Source of the DNA: Spirochaetaceae bacterium
Lineage (GTDB): Bacteria; Spirochaetota; Spirochaetia; DSM-2461
Assembly (NCBI GenBank): GCA_051531975.1
Contig: JAOPTT010000006.1
Location: forward strand, 256,656-320,655
Reading direction: 5' to 3'
Length of the DNA stretch: 64,000 nt
Both the position numbers and the translations under genes were made by a program. How positions within the stretch are numbered: the first letter of the stretch is position 1; the number at the start of each line of letters is the position of its first letter. Below the pieces are notes generated by a model. The model worked only from the letters and a program-made list of their open reading frames with translations, was not told the origin of the DNA and searched no databases. Below are positions 10,471 through 21,495 of this stretch, piece by piece.

Positions 10471-13400
10471 ATGGATGATAATAAAAGTCAAAAAATTGTT
10501 CATAACCTTGGAAAAAAGGTAACTTTTTTTTCTTCATCACCATATCTAGGATTTATTTTTGGAATATTAGCAATAATAATGACTATATTTTTATGGAGAA
10601 CAATAATAAATAATAGTTTAGCTCAGCTTTCACAAAATACTGTTTCCATTACCGAAAATATTGTGAATGAACTTAAATCTAGATATGAATACATAGAAAT
10701 ATCTCTAATTGAATTAGGTAGTTCTGGTGAACCACATCTAAATAAGCAAGATTTAGATTGGGAGCAGGAAGCTAATTTTTACGTAAGTAACATTGGTGGT
10801 GTGGAAAATATAGTGTGGATTGATAACTCACTGGTTATACGTAAAGTTCTTCCTGAAGAAAATAATAAATTCAAAGTTAATGAAGAGACTAATAATTACA
10901 TCTCAGATATAGATCATCAATACCTTAGAATTCCAGTGCGCGAAGAAAGAGTCCTTAAAGGTTTCATCATGGGGGATATTGATATCTCTAAACTTTTTTA
11001 TTCTGTCACCAATATATTTGAAAACGATTATATGATCCAAGTTGAAAGTGGTAATAAACTTATTTATTCATCTGACAACTGGGTAAATACAAAAAATAAT
11101 CGAGAAAAAACCATAAATATATCTTTAGGAGATATAAACGTATACAAGTTATCGTTGGTACCAACTAGGAAATATTTGGCCTCTAAAGTTAATTCATCTT
11201 ATCAGATTCTAATATATGGTCTTTTATTATCTATAATAATGATTGTTTTAATAAGAGTCGCTCAGAAATTAAATGTGACAAGAAAGATCTCAGAAAATGC
11301 CCTAGAGCGTACAAATAAACTATATGAATCATCTCTTGCATTAAGAAGTACCATGGGATTGGACGAAGTTCTAAGTACGGTATTAAATAACTTAAAGGAT
11401 GTAGTTTTTTATGATTGTGCGGTTATTACTAAGGTTCGAGAAAAGAAATTATATGTAATTCACAGTGTAGGTTATTCTTCTGCAGAAATGAATGTCGGGC
11501 AGGAGTTTACGTTTCAACACAAAACTTTTGGTGAAAAGATAATAACCTATCAGAAAAAAGTTATATTGCCTGATGTTAGGGAAATCAGTGCTTATATTGA
11601 TAAAACAGATGGGAAAAAAGTTCGTTCTTTTTTAGGTGTGCCACTAATAATAAACGAAAAAATTATTGGTTCTTTATCACTTAATTCTTTTCGGATAGAT
11701 TTTTATGATGAAGAAATGTTAAATACTGTAAATGCCTTTGCTTCTCAAGTTGCGTTAGCATTAAATAATGCAAAAATATATCAAGAATTAATTGATGCAA
11801 AAGAAGAAGCTGAAGATGCGACTAGGGCTAAAGGGGATTTCCTAGCAAATATGTCCCATGAAATAAGAACTCCCATGAATGCTATTATAGGTTTAGATAG
11901 TCTTTTGTCCAAAACAGATTTAGTGCCTAAACAACAAGATTATGTAGATAAAATTGGGTTTTCAGCTACAAACCTACTAGGAATAATCAATGATATATTG
12001 GATTTTTCAAAAATAGAAGCAGGTAAACTTGAGATTGAGAATACATCATTTTCTCTAAATGAGGTATTGGCAAACTTGTCAGTTTTAATTGGTGAAAAAG
12101 TGCGAGATAGAGGTCTGGAACTAATATTTAGTATGGATAGGAATATACCCCAGAGCCTCAATGGTGATCCTTTAAGAATAGGACAGATTTTACTAAATCT
12201 TACAAATAATGCTATTAAATTCACAGAAAAGGGTAATATTGTTGTTAAATCCACAATAACAAAAAGAGATGAAAAAAATATACTAGTACGTTTTGAGGTT
12301 TCAGATACTGGAATAGGATTAACAGAAGAACAGTGTGGGAGATTATTTAAGTCTTTTTCCCAAGCTGATACATCTACCACTAGAAAATACGGTGGTACTG
12401 GTCTTGGTCTATCAATTAGTAAAAAACTTTCAGAGATGATGGGAGGAGAGATCGGAGTAAAAAGTGTATATGGAGAGGGTTCAATTTTCTATTTCACTGT
12501 TAATCTTGGAATCATTGAAGGAATTATCGAGGATATGTTATCACCTCCCAAAGAAATGTGTGGTCTTAAGGTATTAATAGTTGATGACAATGAGACAGCT
12601 AGGATTGTTTTAAAAACTTATTGTGAAGATTTTTCCTTTAATGTCACAACTGTTTCGTCTGGTGAGGATGCAATTCGAGAATTGATGTTGTTTAAAGAAG
12701 GTACTGATAAAAACTATGATCTAGTATTAATGGATTATCAAATGCCTGGGATAGATGGAATTGAAACAACTAGACAAATATATGAAAAATTAAAAAATGT
12801 AGATACACCAAAAATTATATTGGTAACAGCTTATGGCAGAGAAGAGATAATGCATCAGGCAAAAAATACTAGTTTAAATGGAATTCTTATAACTCCTGTG
12901 AATCCTTCAGTTCTGCTAGATACTATCATGGAAGCATTTGGAAAAAGCTCCGGGGTTAAAAAACAAACCCAGAATAAAGAAGATCTAAAACCAGAGGGAT
13001 TTGATAAAATAATCGGTGCGCGAATACTACTAGTTGAGGACAATGAGATTAACCAATTAGTCGCCAAAGAGACATTAGAGCAGGCAGGTTTTGTAGTCGA
13101 TATTGCTGATAATGGACAAATAGGTGTTGAAAAAGTGTGGGGAGATCTGATCTATGATCTTGTACTTATGGACCTTCAGATGCCTGTTATGGATGGTTAT
13201 GAAGCTTCTAGAAAAATACGGAATGGTAATAAATGTAATGATATTTCCATTGTAGCTATGACTGCGGATGCTATGACTGGAGTTCGTGAACAAGTTAAAG
13301 AAGCTGGGATGGACGACTACGTTACTAAACCCATAAATCCTACAGATTTATGGAGAGCTTTAACACAGTGGATAGAGCCTGGAGAGAGAGAAGTTCCTAT

Positions 13401-14037
13401 TGATCTTTTATCTAAGGTATCTTTAGAACAAACAGTCAAAATACCTAAAATAGATGGGATAGATACTGTTACGGGTCTAAGTAGGGCTGGAAATAACCAG
13501 GAACTTTATATCAGGTTATTAAAACAATTTTTTGAGAACTTTAATGATCTTCCAGATAAAATAAAAGGTTATATAAAATCAAATCAGATGGATGATGCAA
13601 AAAGGCATGCACATACTGCAAAAGGAGTCTCGTCTAACCTTGGAATAGATAAATACTGGGAAAGTATGATTGAGCTTGAAAAATCAATAAATAATGAAAA
13701 CAATATTGATGATTTATTAAATACTATAGACTCTTTATTTAAAACTTTATTATTGGAAGTTGAAAAGTCAGGATTATTAAATGATCAGAAAAAAGATAAC
13801 TATTCCCAAAATAAACTTGATGTTCAATCTACAATTAACAAACTAGAGGATGTAAAATCTTCATTATTAAAAAGAAAACCAAAGCCAGCACTAGAACTTT
13901 TATTAGAATTAAAAAAATATGACCTTTCAGATAATATTAAATTAGTAATTAACGATTCTAAAACTCTTCTCGATCGATACAAGATGAAAGAAGCTATCAT
14001 CTTAATTGATAGCTTAATAGAGCTTTTTAAGTACTGA
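10471..14037 (+). CDS. Hybrid sensor histidine kinase (2 TM + periplasmic domain, GAF, HisKA, HATPase, REC, REC, HPt)
   Basis: [27 protein letters not shown]; two MDxQMP receivers; [12 protein letters not shown]t. Confidence 0.95.
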   Translation: MDDNKSQKIVHNLGKKVTFFSSSPYLGFIFGILAIIMTIFLWRTIINNSLAQLSQNTVSITENIVNELKSRYEYIEISLIELGSSGEPHLNKQDLDWEQEANFYVSNIGGVENIVWIDNSLVIRKVLPEENNKFKVNEETNNYISDIDHQYLRIPVREERVLKGFIMGDIDISKLFYSVTNIFENDYMIQVESGNKLIYSSDNWVNTKNNREKTINISLGDINVYKLSLVPTRKYLASKVNSSYQILIYGLLLSIIMIVLIRVAQKLNVTRKISENALERTNKLYESSLALRSTMGLDEVLSTVLNNLKDVVFYDCAVITKVREKKLYVIHSVGYSSAEMNVGQEFTFQHKTFGEKIITYQKKVILPDVREISAYIDKTDGKKVRSFLGVPLIINEKIIGSLSLNSFRIDFYDEEMLNTVNAFASQVALALNNAKIYQELIDAKEEAEDATRAKGDFLANMSHEIRTPMNAIIGLDSLLSKTDLVPKQQDYVDKIGFSATNLLGIINDILDFSKIEAGKLEIENTSFSLNEVLANLSVLIGEKVRDRGLELIFSMDRNIPQSLNGDPLRIGQILLNLTNNAIKFTEKGNIVVKSTITKRDEKNILVRFEVSDTGIGLTEEQCGRLFKSFSQADTSTTRKYGGTGLGLSISKKLSEMMGGEIGVKSVYGEGSIFYFTVNLGIIEGIIEDMLSPPKEMCGLKVLIVDDNETARIVLKTYCEDFSFNVTTVSSGEDAIRELMLFKEGTDKNYDLVLMDYQMPGIDGIETTRQIYEKLKNVDTPKIILVTAYGREEIMHQAKNTSLNGILITPVNPSVLLDTIMEAFGKSSGVKKQTQNKEDLKPEGFDKIIGARILLVEDNEINQLVAKETLEQAGFVVDIADNGQIGVEKVWGDLIYDLVLMDLQMPVMDGYEASRKIRNGNKCNDISIVAMTADAMTGVREQVKEAGMDDYVTKPINPTDLWRALTQWIEPGEREVPIDLLSKVSLEQTVKIPKIDGIDTVTGLSRAGNNQELYIRLLKQFFENFNDLPDKIKGYIKSNQMDDAKRHAHTAKGVSSNLGIDKYWESMIELEKSINNENNIDDLLNTIDSLFKTLLLEVEKSGLLNDQKKDNYSQNKLDVQSTINKLEDVKSSLLKRKPKPALELLLELKKYDLSDNIKLVINDSKTLLDRYKMKEAIILIDSLIELFKY

Positions 14038-14126
14038 TTGCCATATTCTTGCAAAGAAACTTATATAATTGTAAATTAAAAATAATATTATATACTATAC
14101 ATATGAAATCTGTTAAATTAGTTATT

Positions 14127-14372
14127 ATGAATATACGTATAACAGATCTTTCTAGAAAAACAACAGAAGAAGAGCTAACTAAACTTTTTGCAGCTTATGG
14201 AACAGTTTCATCCACAACTATTGTAATGGATAAAAAAACAGGGAAATCAAAAGGTTTTGGTTTTATAGAAATGGCAGATGACAAAGAAGCACTTACAGCC
14301 GTAAAAAAAATACATAAAGTTAAATTAGATGGTGAAAAAATCACTGTTAAGCAAATTGTAGAATCTAAATAA
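14127..14372 (+). CDS. RRM-domain RNA-binding protein
   Basis: RNP1 KGFGFIEM; start moved to ATG 14127 (MNIRITDLS), typical of bacterial RRM proteins. Confidence 0.9.
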   Translation: MNIRITDLSRKTTEEELTKLFAAYGTVSSTTIVMDKKTGKSKGFGFIEMADDKEALTAVKKIHKVKLDGEKITVKQIVESK

Positions 14373-14378
14373 ATATTA

Positions 14379-14410
14379 TTTGGGTGTAGAATTATTTCTA
14401 TACCCAAAAA
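14379..14410. terminator. Probable bidirectional terminator
   Basis: tttgggtgtagaa-tta-tttctatacccaaa hairpin between convergent genes. Confidence 0.7.
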
Positions 14411-14451
14411 ACCTTAAATGACCAATTATTATATAGGATACTAGTGCTCTA

Positions 14452-15198
14452 CTAATTGATCATTATTTTTGCTTTAGTTTCTGATATTATACTGTTTTTA
14501 ACATTCATTCTTTCAAAAACTTGATTATGTAAGTCATCAATAGCTTTGATATGGAATGGTGGATAGAATAATTTATCCTGTATAAAATTGTTGCTTTTAA
14601 AATATGATTTGTGCTCAATTAAACAAACATCATTTCCATTTTCATCAAGCAGAGAAATAAATTTAATTGATTGATATCCATTTACAAAATTCTTCTCTAA
14701 ATATCTAAATTCAATTATTTTCTCTTCTCTTTCTATTTTTGTAATTTTAAAGGCTACACATATATTAAATATATTAACAAATTCTAGGTCTAGAAAAAAT
14801 ATTTGTCCTACAGCATAAGGTAGATCAACTTTTTCGTTAAGTGTAAAAACTGAATCATGCTCTTGTGAATATAATAAGCCATAATCGATTATCTCACCGG
14901 TCCATGAAGTTCTAGCATCCTGGGTTGTATATTCATTCCAAAGTTTATCTCTATTTATATCTATTAAATAATAGCGGCTATGATTGTTATAATTAATATC
15001 CTTATCATTGCTGATGGACTTATACTGATCCATATCCCATCCGTTATCATCAAGGAAACTTACAACTGCATCAGGCATATCATCTCTAACATCTATTGAT
15101 AGAGGTGGCGTTTCAACTTTATTGATAGTAGTACAGGAAATTACTGTTATAAATATTATTGTTTTTGTAATTTTTTTGCCTATATTCTTAATTGACAT
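14452..15198 (-). CDS. Hypothetical lipoprotein
   Basis: 248-aa ORF, VISC lipobox-like motif, GGAG RBS; no family confidently recognised. Confidence 0.7.
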   Translation of the reverse strand: MSIKNIGKKITKTIIFITVISCTTINKVETPPLSIDVRDDMPDAVVSFLDDNGWDMDQYKSISNDKDINYNNHSRYYLIDINRDKLWNEYTTQDARTSWTGEIIDYGLLYSQEHDSVFTLNEKVDLPYAVGQIFFLDLEFVNIFNICVAFKITKIEREEKIIEFRYLEKNFVNGYQSIKFISLLDENGNDVCLIEHKSYFKSNNFIQDKLFYPPFHIKAIDDLHNQVFERMNVKNSIISETKAKIMIN

Positions 15199-15496
15199 AT
15201 TTTTACTCTCCGATGTTATTAATTACTATTATTAGTAATATCTCTAATTATTATAAACACTAGAAAGATTGAAGTCGTTACTAAATTGAAATAATTTAAA
15301 GATAGGGTAGTTCTAATTTAGTTATTTTGGAAGTCAATTAACTGATATAAAAGTTAAATATAGAAATTATTTCACAGTACTTCAATTTACAACCTTTGAT
15401 TATTATCAGCACACTTTTCTTCATATTTCTTTAGTCGTAAATTTATTGACAATTAAGTTGATATTTCTTATCTTTTACAAGAAAGGAAACGAAAAA

Positions 15497-16936
15497 ATGA
15501 TAAATATATTAGAAAATTTAGATATAACTCAATTCGAGGGAATTATTATTCCACTGTTCGAAGATAAGTGTTTATTAGAGAAATATGATATTCCATTAGA
15601 ATCTATAATAGAAAAGAAGTTATTTATAGGAAAGTCTGGAAGTTTATATAACTTTTCAATATTAGAAGGTAATAAAGTTAAAAATCTTCTGTTAGTTGGA
15701 TTAGGTAAATCAAGTGAATCAACTTATAGAAATTTACTTAAATCGTTTACGGTTGCAGTAAGGGAAATGAATAAGAAGCAGTGTAAGGATGTATTTATTG
15801 ATTTAACTCATCTAAAAATAAATGATAATATAGTAAAAGCAGCATCAGAATCTACTATTTTAGGTGTTTATAATTTTGATAATTATTTAAAAAAAGAAGA
15901 TGATAACATTGAAACTAAAATCTCTATACTAATAAAAGACTCATCTAAATATTATCAGATAGTATCTGAAGCTGAAATTTTAGCAAAAAGTAATATTATT
16001 GCAAGAGGTTTAGTTAATGAACCATCGAATATAATGACACCTGGAAAATTAGCAAAAGAAGTTATTAAAATAGGTGCTGAATCAGGTTTTGAAGTTGAAG
16101 TATTAAACAAAAAGGAAATTGAAGATCTTAACATGCACTCATTTTTAGCTGTAGCAAATGGATCGGATACACAGCCTAAGTTTATCATCATGAAATATAT
16201 GGGTGAACCAAAAAATAGCGAAATTCTAGGTTTAGTAGGTAAAGGATTAACCTACGATTCAGGAGGACTGTCCATTAAACCAACTGCAAGTATGGTTGAT
16301 ATGAAAAGTGATATGGCTGGATCAGCAGCTGTAATTGGGGCCATGTCTGCAATTAGTGAATCTAAATTAAAGAAGAATGTAATTGCAGTTGTTGCCGCAT
16401 GTGAGAATATGATTTCTGGAAGTTCCTATAGACCTGGAGATATACTTAATTCTATGGGTGGAAAAACAATATTTATTGGAAATACCGATGCTGAAGGTCG
16501 ATTAACTTTAATTGATGCTATGCATTATATAATTACAAAGGAACTTGTAACTAAAGTTGTAGATATTGCGACACTAACAGGTGCAGCAATACATTGTACA
16601 GGAGATGCCGCAGCTCCAGTTATCTCTAATAATGATGATTTTTTTAACTTACTGAATGATAGTTATACAAAAAGTGGAGAGCAGTTATGGAGAATGCCAA
16701 TATTCGATGAATATAAAGAGTTAATAAAACATGAAGATGCTGATTTAACAAATACAGCTGGTAGTCCTGGAACTATTACAGCTGGGCTATTTATTGGTGA
16801 GTTTACAAATAATATACCCTGGATTCATATTGATATTGCTGGTCCGAGTATGGCAAAAAAAGACAATGGATTTTTATCAAAAGGTGGAACAGGTTGTGGT
16901 GTTAAACCATTATATTATTTAGCAAAAAACATTTAA
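15497..16936 (+). CDS. pepA: Leucyl aminopeptidase (M17)
   Basis: VGKGLTYDSGG, MKSDMAG, NTDAEGRL, DIATLTGA, HIDIAG; start moved to ATG 15497 behind an AAGGA RBS. Confidence 0.95.
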   Translation: MINILENLDITQFEGIIIPLFEDKCLLEKYDIPLESIIEKKLFIGKSGSLYNFSILEGNKVKNLLLVGLGKSSESTYRNLLKSFTVAVREMNKKQCKDVFIDLTHLKINDNIVKAASESTILGVYNFDNYLKKEDDNIETKISILIKDSSKYYQIVSEAEILAKSNIIARGLVNEPSNIMTPGKLAKEVIKIGAESGFEVEVLNKKEIEDLNMHSFLAVANGSDTQPKFIIMKYMGEPKNSEILGLVGKGLTYDSGGLSIKPTASMVDMKSDMAGSAAVIGAMSAISESKLKKNVIAVVAACENMISGSSYRPGDILNSMGGKTIFIGNTDAEGRLTLIDAMHYIITKELVTKVVDIATLTGAAIHCTGDAAAPVISNNDDFFNLLNDSYTKSGEQLWRMPIFDEYKELIKHEDADLTNTAGSPGTITAGLFIGEFTNNIPWIHIDIAGPSMAKKDNGFLSKGGTGCGVKPLYYLAKNI

Positions 16937-16992
16937 TTATTAATCGTCAATTAGTCAATTAGTCAATTTCTAACCAATAAGGAATAAAAATA

Positions 16993-17035
16993 TAACTAAA
17001 AGGACATAATCTTTTAATAATTATGCCCTTTAGTT
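16993..17035. terminator. Hairpin between convergent genes, probable terminator
   Basis: taactaaaaggacataat...attatgccctttagtta imperfect inverted repeat. Confidence 0.6.
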
Positions 17036-19061
17036 ATTGTACTATTCTAATGTAATCAATATAGAATCCATTTTTAAGTCCTTTGTGTAAATTAATAAAC
17101 TCAAAACCTACTTTGATAATTTTGGTAATATCTCCACTTCCTCTTGTTTCTGATGTAAAATTATATGTTTGAATATTCCAGGCATTCTTTTTTATTACTC
17201 TATTTGGTGCTACTTCACTCCCATTCCACCTACCTGAAGAATCATATGTATAATATTGTATTTCCATTTCACTATTCCACTCATTTGGAACCCAGAATCT
17301 GATTTCTAGCTTTTTCCCTATGAAATTAGATGTTTTAAATGCAGGAGAATAAAGTAATATAGCTCTACTAGAAGAAGTATTTAATTTAAGTATACTTGTT
17401 AAATCTATTTTTTCAGATGAAGTAATATTTCCTGAACTAGTCCATTTCTCAGTTGAATTATTAAAATCCCATAACATAAAAGAATTGTTAAGTTTTTTAA
17501 TATCATTGTTATTAAGAGTTAATATTTTTATTAAAGGTAAATTCAATTTAAAATCATACTTATCTATATTTTTGGTTGAATTTTCACTAGTGTTATAATC
17601 AATTAGTATTTCCATATCAATGAATTTTTTATAATCTGTATGTTCAATTAAATCTTTTAATGGAATAGATAATTCAAGTATTTCCCCAAAATCAAATTTA
17701 GCAGCTTTTATATATGGTTTCATGTTAATACCGGAATCTTGATTCTTTATTAATAATTCAGTCTTAATATTTTTAGGATAAATGTTATACATCATTTTTT
17801 TATTACCTAAGAAATGAAATTTATAAATATAGTCTTTATTAAATTTTCCATCCTCTGTTTCTAAATACAGATATAAATTCTTGTTATCAATAGCGCTTTT
17901 TATATTTTTAATATCTCCACCCACAAATTCTAATCCAGGTATTTTAACAGCATCATTTACATTATCAATTAGTGTTTCAGGTATATTTACCCAGTCATTT
18001 GGATTTCCATTAACAGTTATTTTATTAAAATTTGGTATAATATATTTATCATTTAAATTACTCTTAAAATTAATAAGTTTAGATACTTCTCCTAGGTAGT
18101 TTGGTATATCAATATCTAATTTTGAGTTTAAGGGGAATAAAAGATTATTATAACTTGTTGATTTATATATTTTTTTAGCTTTATAATATTCGAAAATACT
18201 TTTCCATTGTTTATATTTATCTATAAGTTCTGGTCTATAAGAATTAAAAAAATCTTGGGATAAAAAGTTATTTGTTGCTAAAAATGATTCATCAATATTG
18301 GGTAAGTTATCCTTAATACTCCAGTTTGTAGTAATAATTGTATCATTTAAGTCTAAAATATCCCTTTCTTTATCCATTAAGTATGGAAATACAAAATTAT
18401 ATTCTTTTTGTTTTTCTGCTTTAATGTTAATTTTTTCTTCTACTATTTTTTCTGAGGATGATAATCTTTCTTGAAAAATAGTTACAATATGTTCTCCAGA
18501 AGGTATCAGGTTTATTTCTTTTACCTGATTACCAAATGAGACATCATCTAAAAAAAATAAATACTTTTCTCGATTATTATCAGGTTTAATAGATAGATTA
18601 CCATAAGTGATATGCAATCCACTAAATCCCTCGATCATAGTAATTGTAAATTCATCTACAACATCAAATGACTCAAATATATTTTCAATAATTCTTTTAT
18701 CTGAAAAAATTACTTCTTCTTTTAATAGGTCATAAGCAGTAAGTGATATCTCATAACCATTTTCTCCAATTTTACAACTTCCAGTAATAATACTGTCATA
18801 TTTATTATCAATAGAAAAAACCTTCCAGTCTTCAGTGGTTAGACTATTTAGATCTGTTTCACCATGAACTATTTCATATTTATTTAAAAGTGATAGTTTT
18901 GTATAAACATTACTAGATATAGATAGACATAAACTATCTAACCATGTTTGATTAGAATGGTTAATAACTTTTTCAAGATAGACTACAGGTTTAGTTTCAG
19001 AAAATATAAAAAGATTTAAACTAAAGAATATTGAAATTAAAATATATTTTGGAGTTTTCAT
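17034..19061 (-). CDS. Exported multidomain protein (TolB_N/CsgG-like N-terminus, PEGA-like, DOMON/CBM9-like and galactose-binding-like modules)
   Basis: Signal peptide; ITVNGNPNDW...DIKNIKSAIDNKNLYLYL (CBM9/DOMON-like); LWDFNNSTEKW...FYIDYIRI (CBM-like). Domain calls are tentative. Confidence 0.55.
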   Translation of the reverse strand: MKTPKYILISIFFSLNLFIFSETKPVVYLEKVINHSNQTWLDSLCLSISSNVYTKLSLLNKYEIVHGETDLNSLTTEDWKVFSIDNKYDSIITGSCKIGENGYEISLTAYDLLKEEVIFSDKRIIENIFESFDVVDEFTITMIEGFSGLHITYGNLSIKPDNNREKYLFFLDDVSFGNQVKEINLIPSGEHIVTIFQERLSSSEKIVEEKINIKAEKQKEYNFVFPYLMDKERDILDLNDTIITTNWSIKDNLPNIDESFLATNNFLSQDFFNSYRPELIDKYKQWKSIFEYYKAKKIYKSTSYNNLLFPLNSKLDIDIPNYLGEVSKLINFKSNLNDKYIIPNFNKITVNGNPNDWVNIPETLIDNVNDAVKIPGLEFVGGDIKNIKSAIDNKNLYLYLETEDGKFNKDYIYKFHFLGNKKMMYNIYPKNIKTELLIKNQDSGINMKPYIKAAKFDFGEILELSIPLKDLIEHTDYKKFIDMEILIDYNTSENSTKNIDKYDFKLNLPLIKILTLNNNDIKKLNNSFMLWDFNNSTEKWTSSGNITSSEKIDLTSILKLNTSSSRAILLYSPAFKTSNFIGKKLEIRFWVPNEWNSEMEIQYYTYDSSGRWNGSEVAPNRVIKKNAWNIQTYNFTSETRGSGDITKIIKVGFEFINLHKGLKNGFYIDYIRIVQ

Positions 19062-20032
19062 TAATCAGCACCTTTATTTAGAAATAAATTGTAATTTAAA
19101 AGGTTCTTAAACTCTGGATGTTCTAATAAGCCCTCTAAAGAAATTGTTTTTGAATTAGAAGATATATATATACAATAATTTTTAGCTAATAATTGAAAAG
19201 TTAAATATAATTTTATATATCCATTGCTGTCTTTCGAACCAATTATATCAACTAATAATTTTCTGTTATTAAGGTAGATATATCTGCTTTCAATGCTAAT
19301 GTTAAAATTATTATTTTCATAAGAAAATATTTCATCTTTTGTTTGATAGCTCCATATTCCTACAATTAGATCGTCATCAGATATATTTATTTCACCAGTA
19401 TTAACAATAAAGAAACCATCATTAAAATCTGAGACCCATTGCCATTTCCCATTATATGAGATGAAGTTAAAATCCCCATAGTTCTCTCTAATAGATATTG
19501 AAGGATTTTGTTCAAAAAATGTTTTTGATATATTAGAAATTAGACTTAACTCATTTGGAACTTTTTCTGGAAAAATATAATTAAAAAAGTATATTGAAGT
19601 TTTATAAAACCAAATCATTGTGTGATGATTTTTTGAATTTTCATTACCACTAATTATATATTGCTCTCCAATTTTAACCTCATCAAATTTAGTTATTTTT
19701 GTTTCTTTTGGGGAAAATATATATTCACCATAAAAACTTACCATTTTTTGAATATCATAGATAAAATTTGGTGTTATTTTCTCTACTGATAAAGATGAAT
19801 CATCATCTGAGGTACTAGAAAATAATATTCCTGATTCATTAATATGTTTGTCTATAGTCCAAAAATTTGGTAAGGATATATGTATACCAGATGTTGATAA
19901 ATTATTATTTAAAATTATAGGAGTATAATCATTTAATTGCTCTTCATTTTTTATATTATTATTTGTAGAACATGAAGCTAATAGCATTAGGACAATAAAT
20001 AGGTATACTATATAATTATTTTTTTTTACCAA
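19061..20032 (-). CDS. Hypothetical lipoprotein
   Basis: LLASC lipobox; GGAG RBS; stop overlaps the next start. Confidence 0.7.
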   Translation of the reverse strand: MVKKNNYIVYLFIVLMLLASCSTNNNIKNEEQLNDYTPIILNNNLSTSGIHISLPNFWTIDKHINESGILFSSTSDDDSSLSVEKITPNFIYDIQKMVSFYGEYIFSPKETKITKFDEVKIGEQYIISGNENSKNHHTMIWFYKTSIYFFNYIFPEKVPNELSLISNISKTFFEQNPSISIRENYGDFNFISYNGKWQWVSDFNDGFFIVNTGEINISDDDLIVGIWSYQTKDEIFSYENNNFNISIESRYIYLNNRKLLVDIIGSKDSNGYIKLYLTFQLLAKNYCIYISSNSKTISLEGLLEHPEFKNLLNYNLFLNKGAD

Positions 20033-20140
20033 ACTATAATCTCCCTTTAATTAGTATATATATATTTTTTTTTCTAGTAAATTATTGTTTAAACAAGATA
20101 TACTAATTAAAAAGTAAAATAGAAAAAAATAGGAGATAAA

Positions 20141-20989
20141 ATGAATAAAAAAATTGTAATTGCTATATTAGTAATAATTTTAATCATAGGAACATATTTA
20201 ATTTTGGATACAGTTGTAAATAATAAGGTTTCAGATCAAGTTGATTTAGCCATTGATGGTATTGATATAAGTGGAATGAAAGTATCTTATGGAGAAATAG
20301 ATCTAAATTTAGCTGGGTTAGATATGATTATATCTGATGTTAGATTAACATCAGAAGATGATGAGTCAATATTAATTGAAAAGGTTACTATAGAGAAAAT
20401 TGATCTTACCAATGATATCCCACAATATTTAGTATTAAAAGCAAAAAATATTAGATTTGATAAAATTCTTAACTTAAAAAATATCGGATTAGAAGAAAAT
20501 GTTTCATTTGATGTTGAATTAGACTATAAAGCAGATAAATCAGGTGATTTTAATTTAAATAAATTAAATATATATTCAGAACCATTAGGAGAGTTAGATT
20601 TATCATTAAAATTAGGAAATGTAGAGCTAACAGAAACTTTTCTTAATGATATCGATAATGAAATAGAAGATATTTCTCTATACAAATGCTCCATTAGTTA
20701 TGATGATTTTGGTTTTATTAATAAGATTACAACGTTATTTGGTAGTTTATATGGTGCAACTTCAGAAGAGTTTTCAGAAATGATATCTGGATTATTAGAA
20801 TATCAATCTACCACTGTTAAAAGTCCAGATGTAAAGGAATATCTTAATTTTGCAGCTAATTATATAGTTGATCCAACAAAAGTCACAATAACTGTCGCAC
20901 CTAACGATGCAATTAGTATAAAAGACTTAGATAAGAGTGAAAATCCCTTTGATATTTTAGAATTATTAAACCTAAAAATTAAAAATTGA
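20141..20989 (+). CDS. Hypothetical membrane-anchored protein
   Basis: AGGAG RBS, N-terminal TM anchor, 282 aa. Confidence 0.7.
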   Translation: MNKKIVIAILVIILIIGTYLILDTVVNNKVSDQVDLAIDGIDISGMKVSYGEIDLNLAGLDMIISDVRLTSEDDESILIEKVTIEKIDLTNDIPQYLVLKAKNIRFDKILNLKNIGLEENVSFDVELDYKADKSGDFNLNKLNIYSEPLGELDLSLKLGNVELTETFLNDIDNEIEDISLYKCSISYDDFGFINKITTLFGSLYGATSEEFSEMISGLLEYQSTTVKSPDVKEYLNFAANYIVDPTKVTITVAPNDAISIKDLDKSENPFDILELLNLKIKN

Positions 20990-21063
20990 ATAGAGTTAGT
21001 ATTGTTTTCGGTCAAGATAATTTGCTAATTGATTTAAGTTATGAATTATTTTATTATTTGAAG

Positions 21064-21495
21064 ATGAAAAAATTATTATTTATTTTGATATTAGTAACTA
21101 GTTTCTCTATTTATTCAGAAACTAATTATAATAGTAAAGTAAACATCCTATTAACTAAAAAGTTATATATAAAAAAAACTGGTCTAGAAGAAAACGTTAT
21201 CATAGGTTACCTTTTTTTGAGAACAAGTGCTAAAAGTAGAGAAGAATCAATGTCCTCTATAAATAAATTAATAAAAATTGTTGATGAAGGTTATACCACT
21301 TGTGACAAAATATTAGTTAGTAACTTTAGTTTTATACCATATGATTCTCTAAGATATGTTGATGAATATACTGAAGTCAATATGGATGAAATTACTACAA
21401 AATCTAATACTGCAACTAACACTGAGATATTTTTATATACTGCTATGGGTGATAGTTGGGAGAATCAGGGAAACCAGTTAGATTCTGGCCTTTAA
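21064..21495 (+). CDS. Hypothetical exported protein
   Basis: MKKLLFILILVTSFSIYS signal peptide starting at ATG 21064. Confidence 0.55.
   Translation: MKKLLFILILVTSFSIYSETNYNSKVNILLTKKLYIKKTGLEENVIIGYLFLRTSAKSREESMSSINKLIKIVDEGYTTCDKILVSNFSFIPYDSLRYVDEYTEVNMDEITTKSNTATNTEIFLYTAMGDSWENQGNQLDSGL

Noticed and set aside
15214..15239. PerR-like half sites ATTACTA-N4-TAGTAAT upstream of the 14452-15198 lipoprotein
   Set aside because: The half sites are in inverted arrangement, each 7-1-7 reading has only one good half, and the context is AT-rich.
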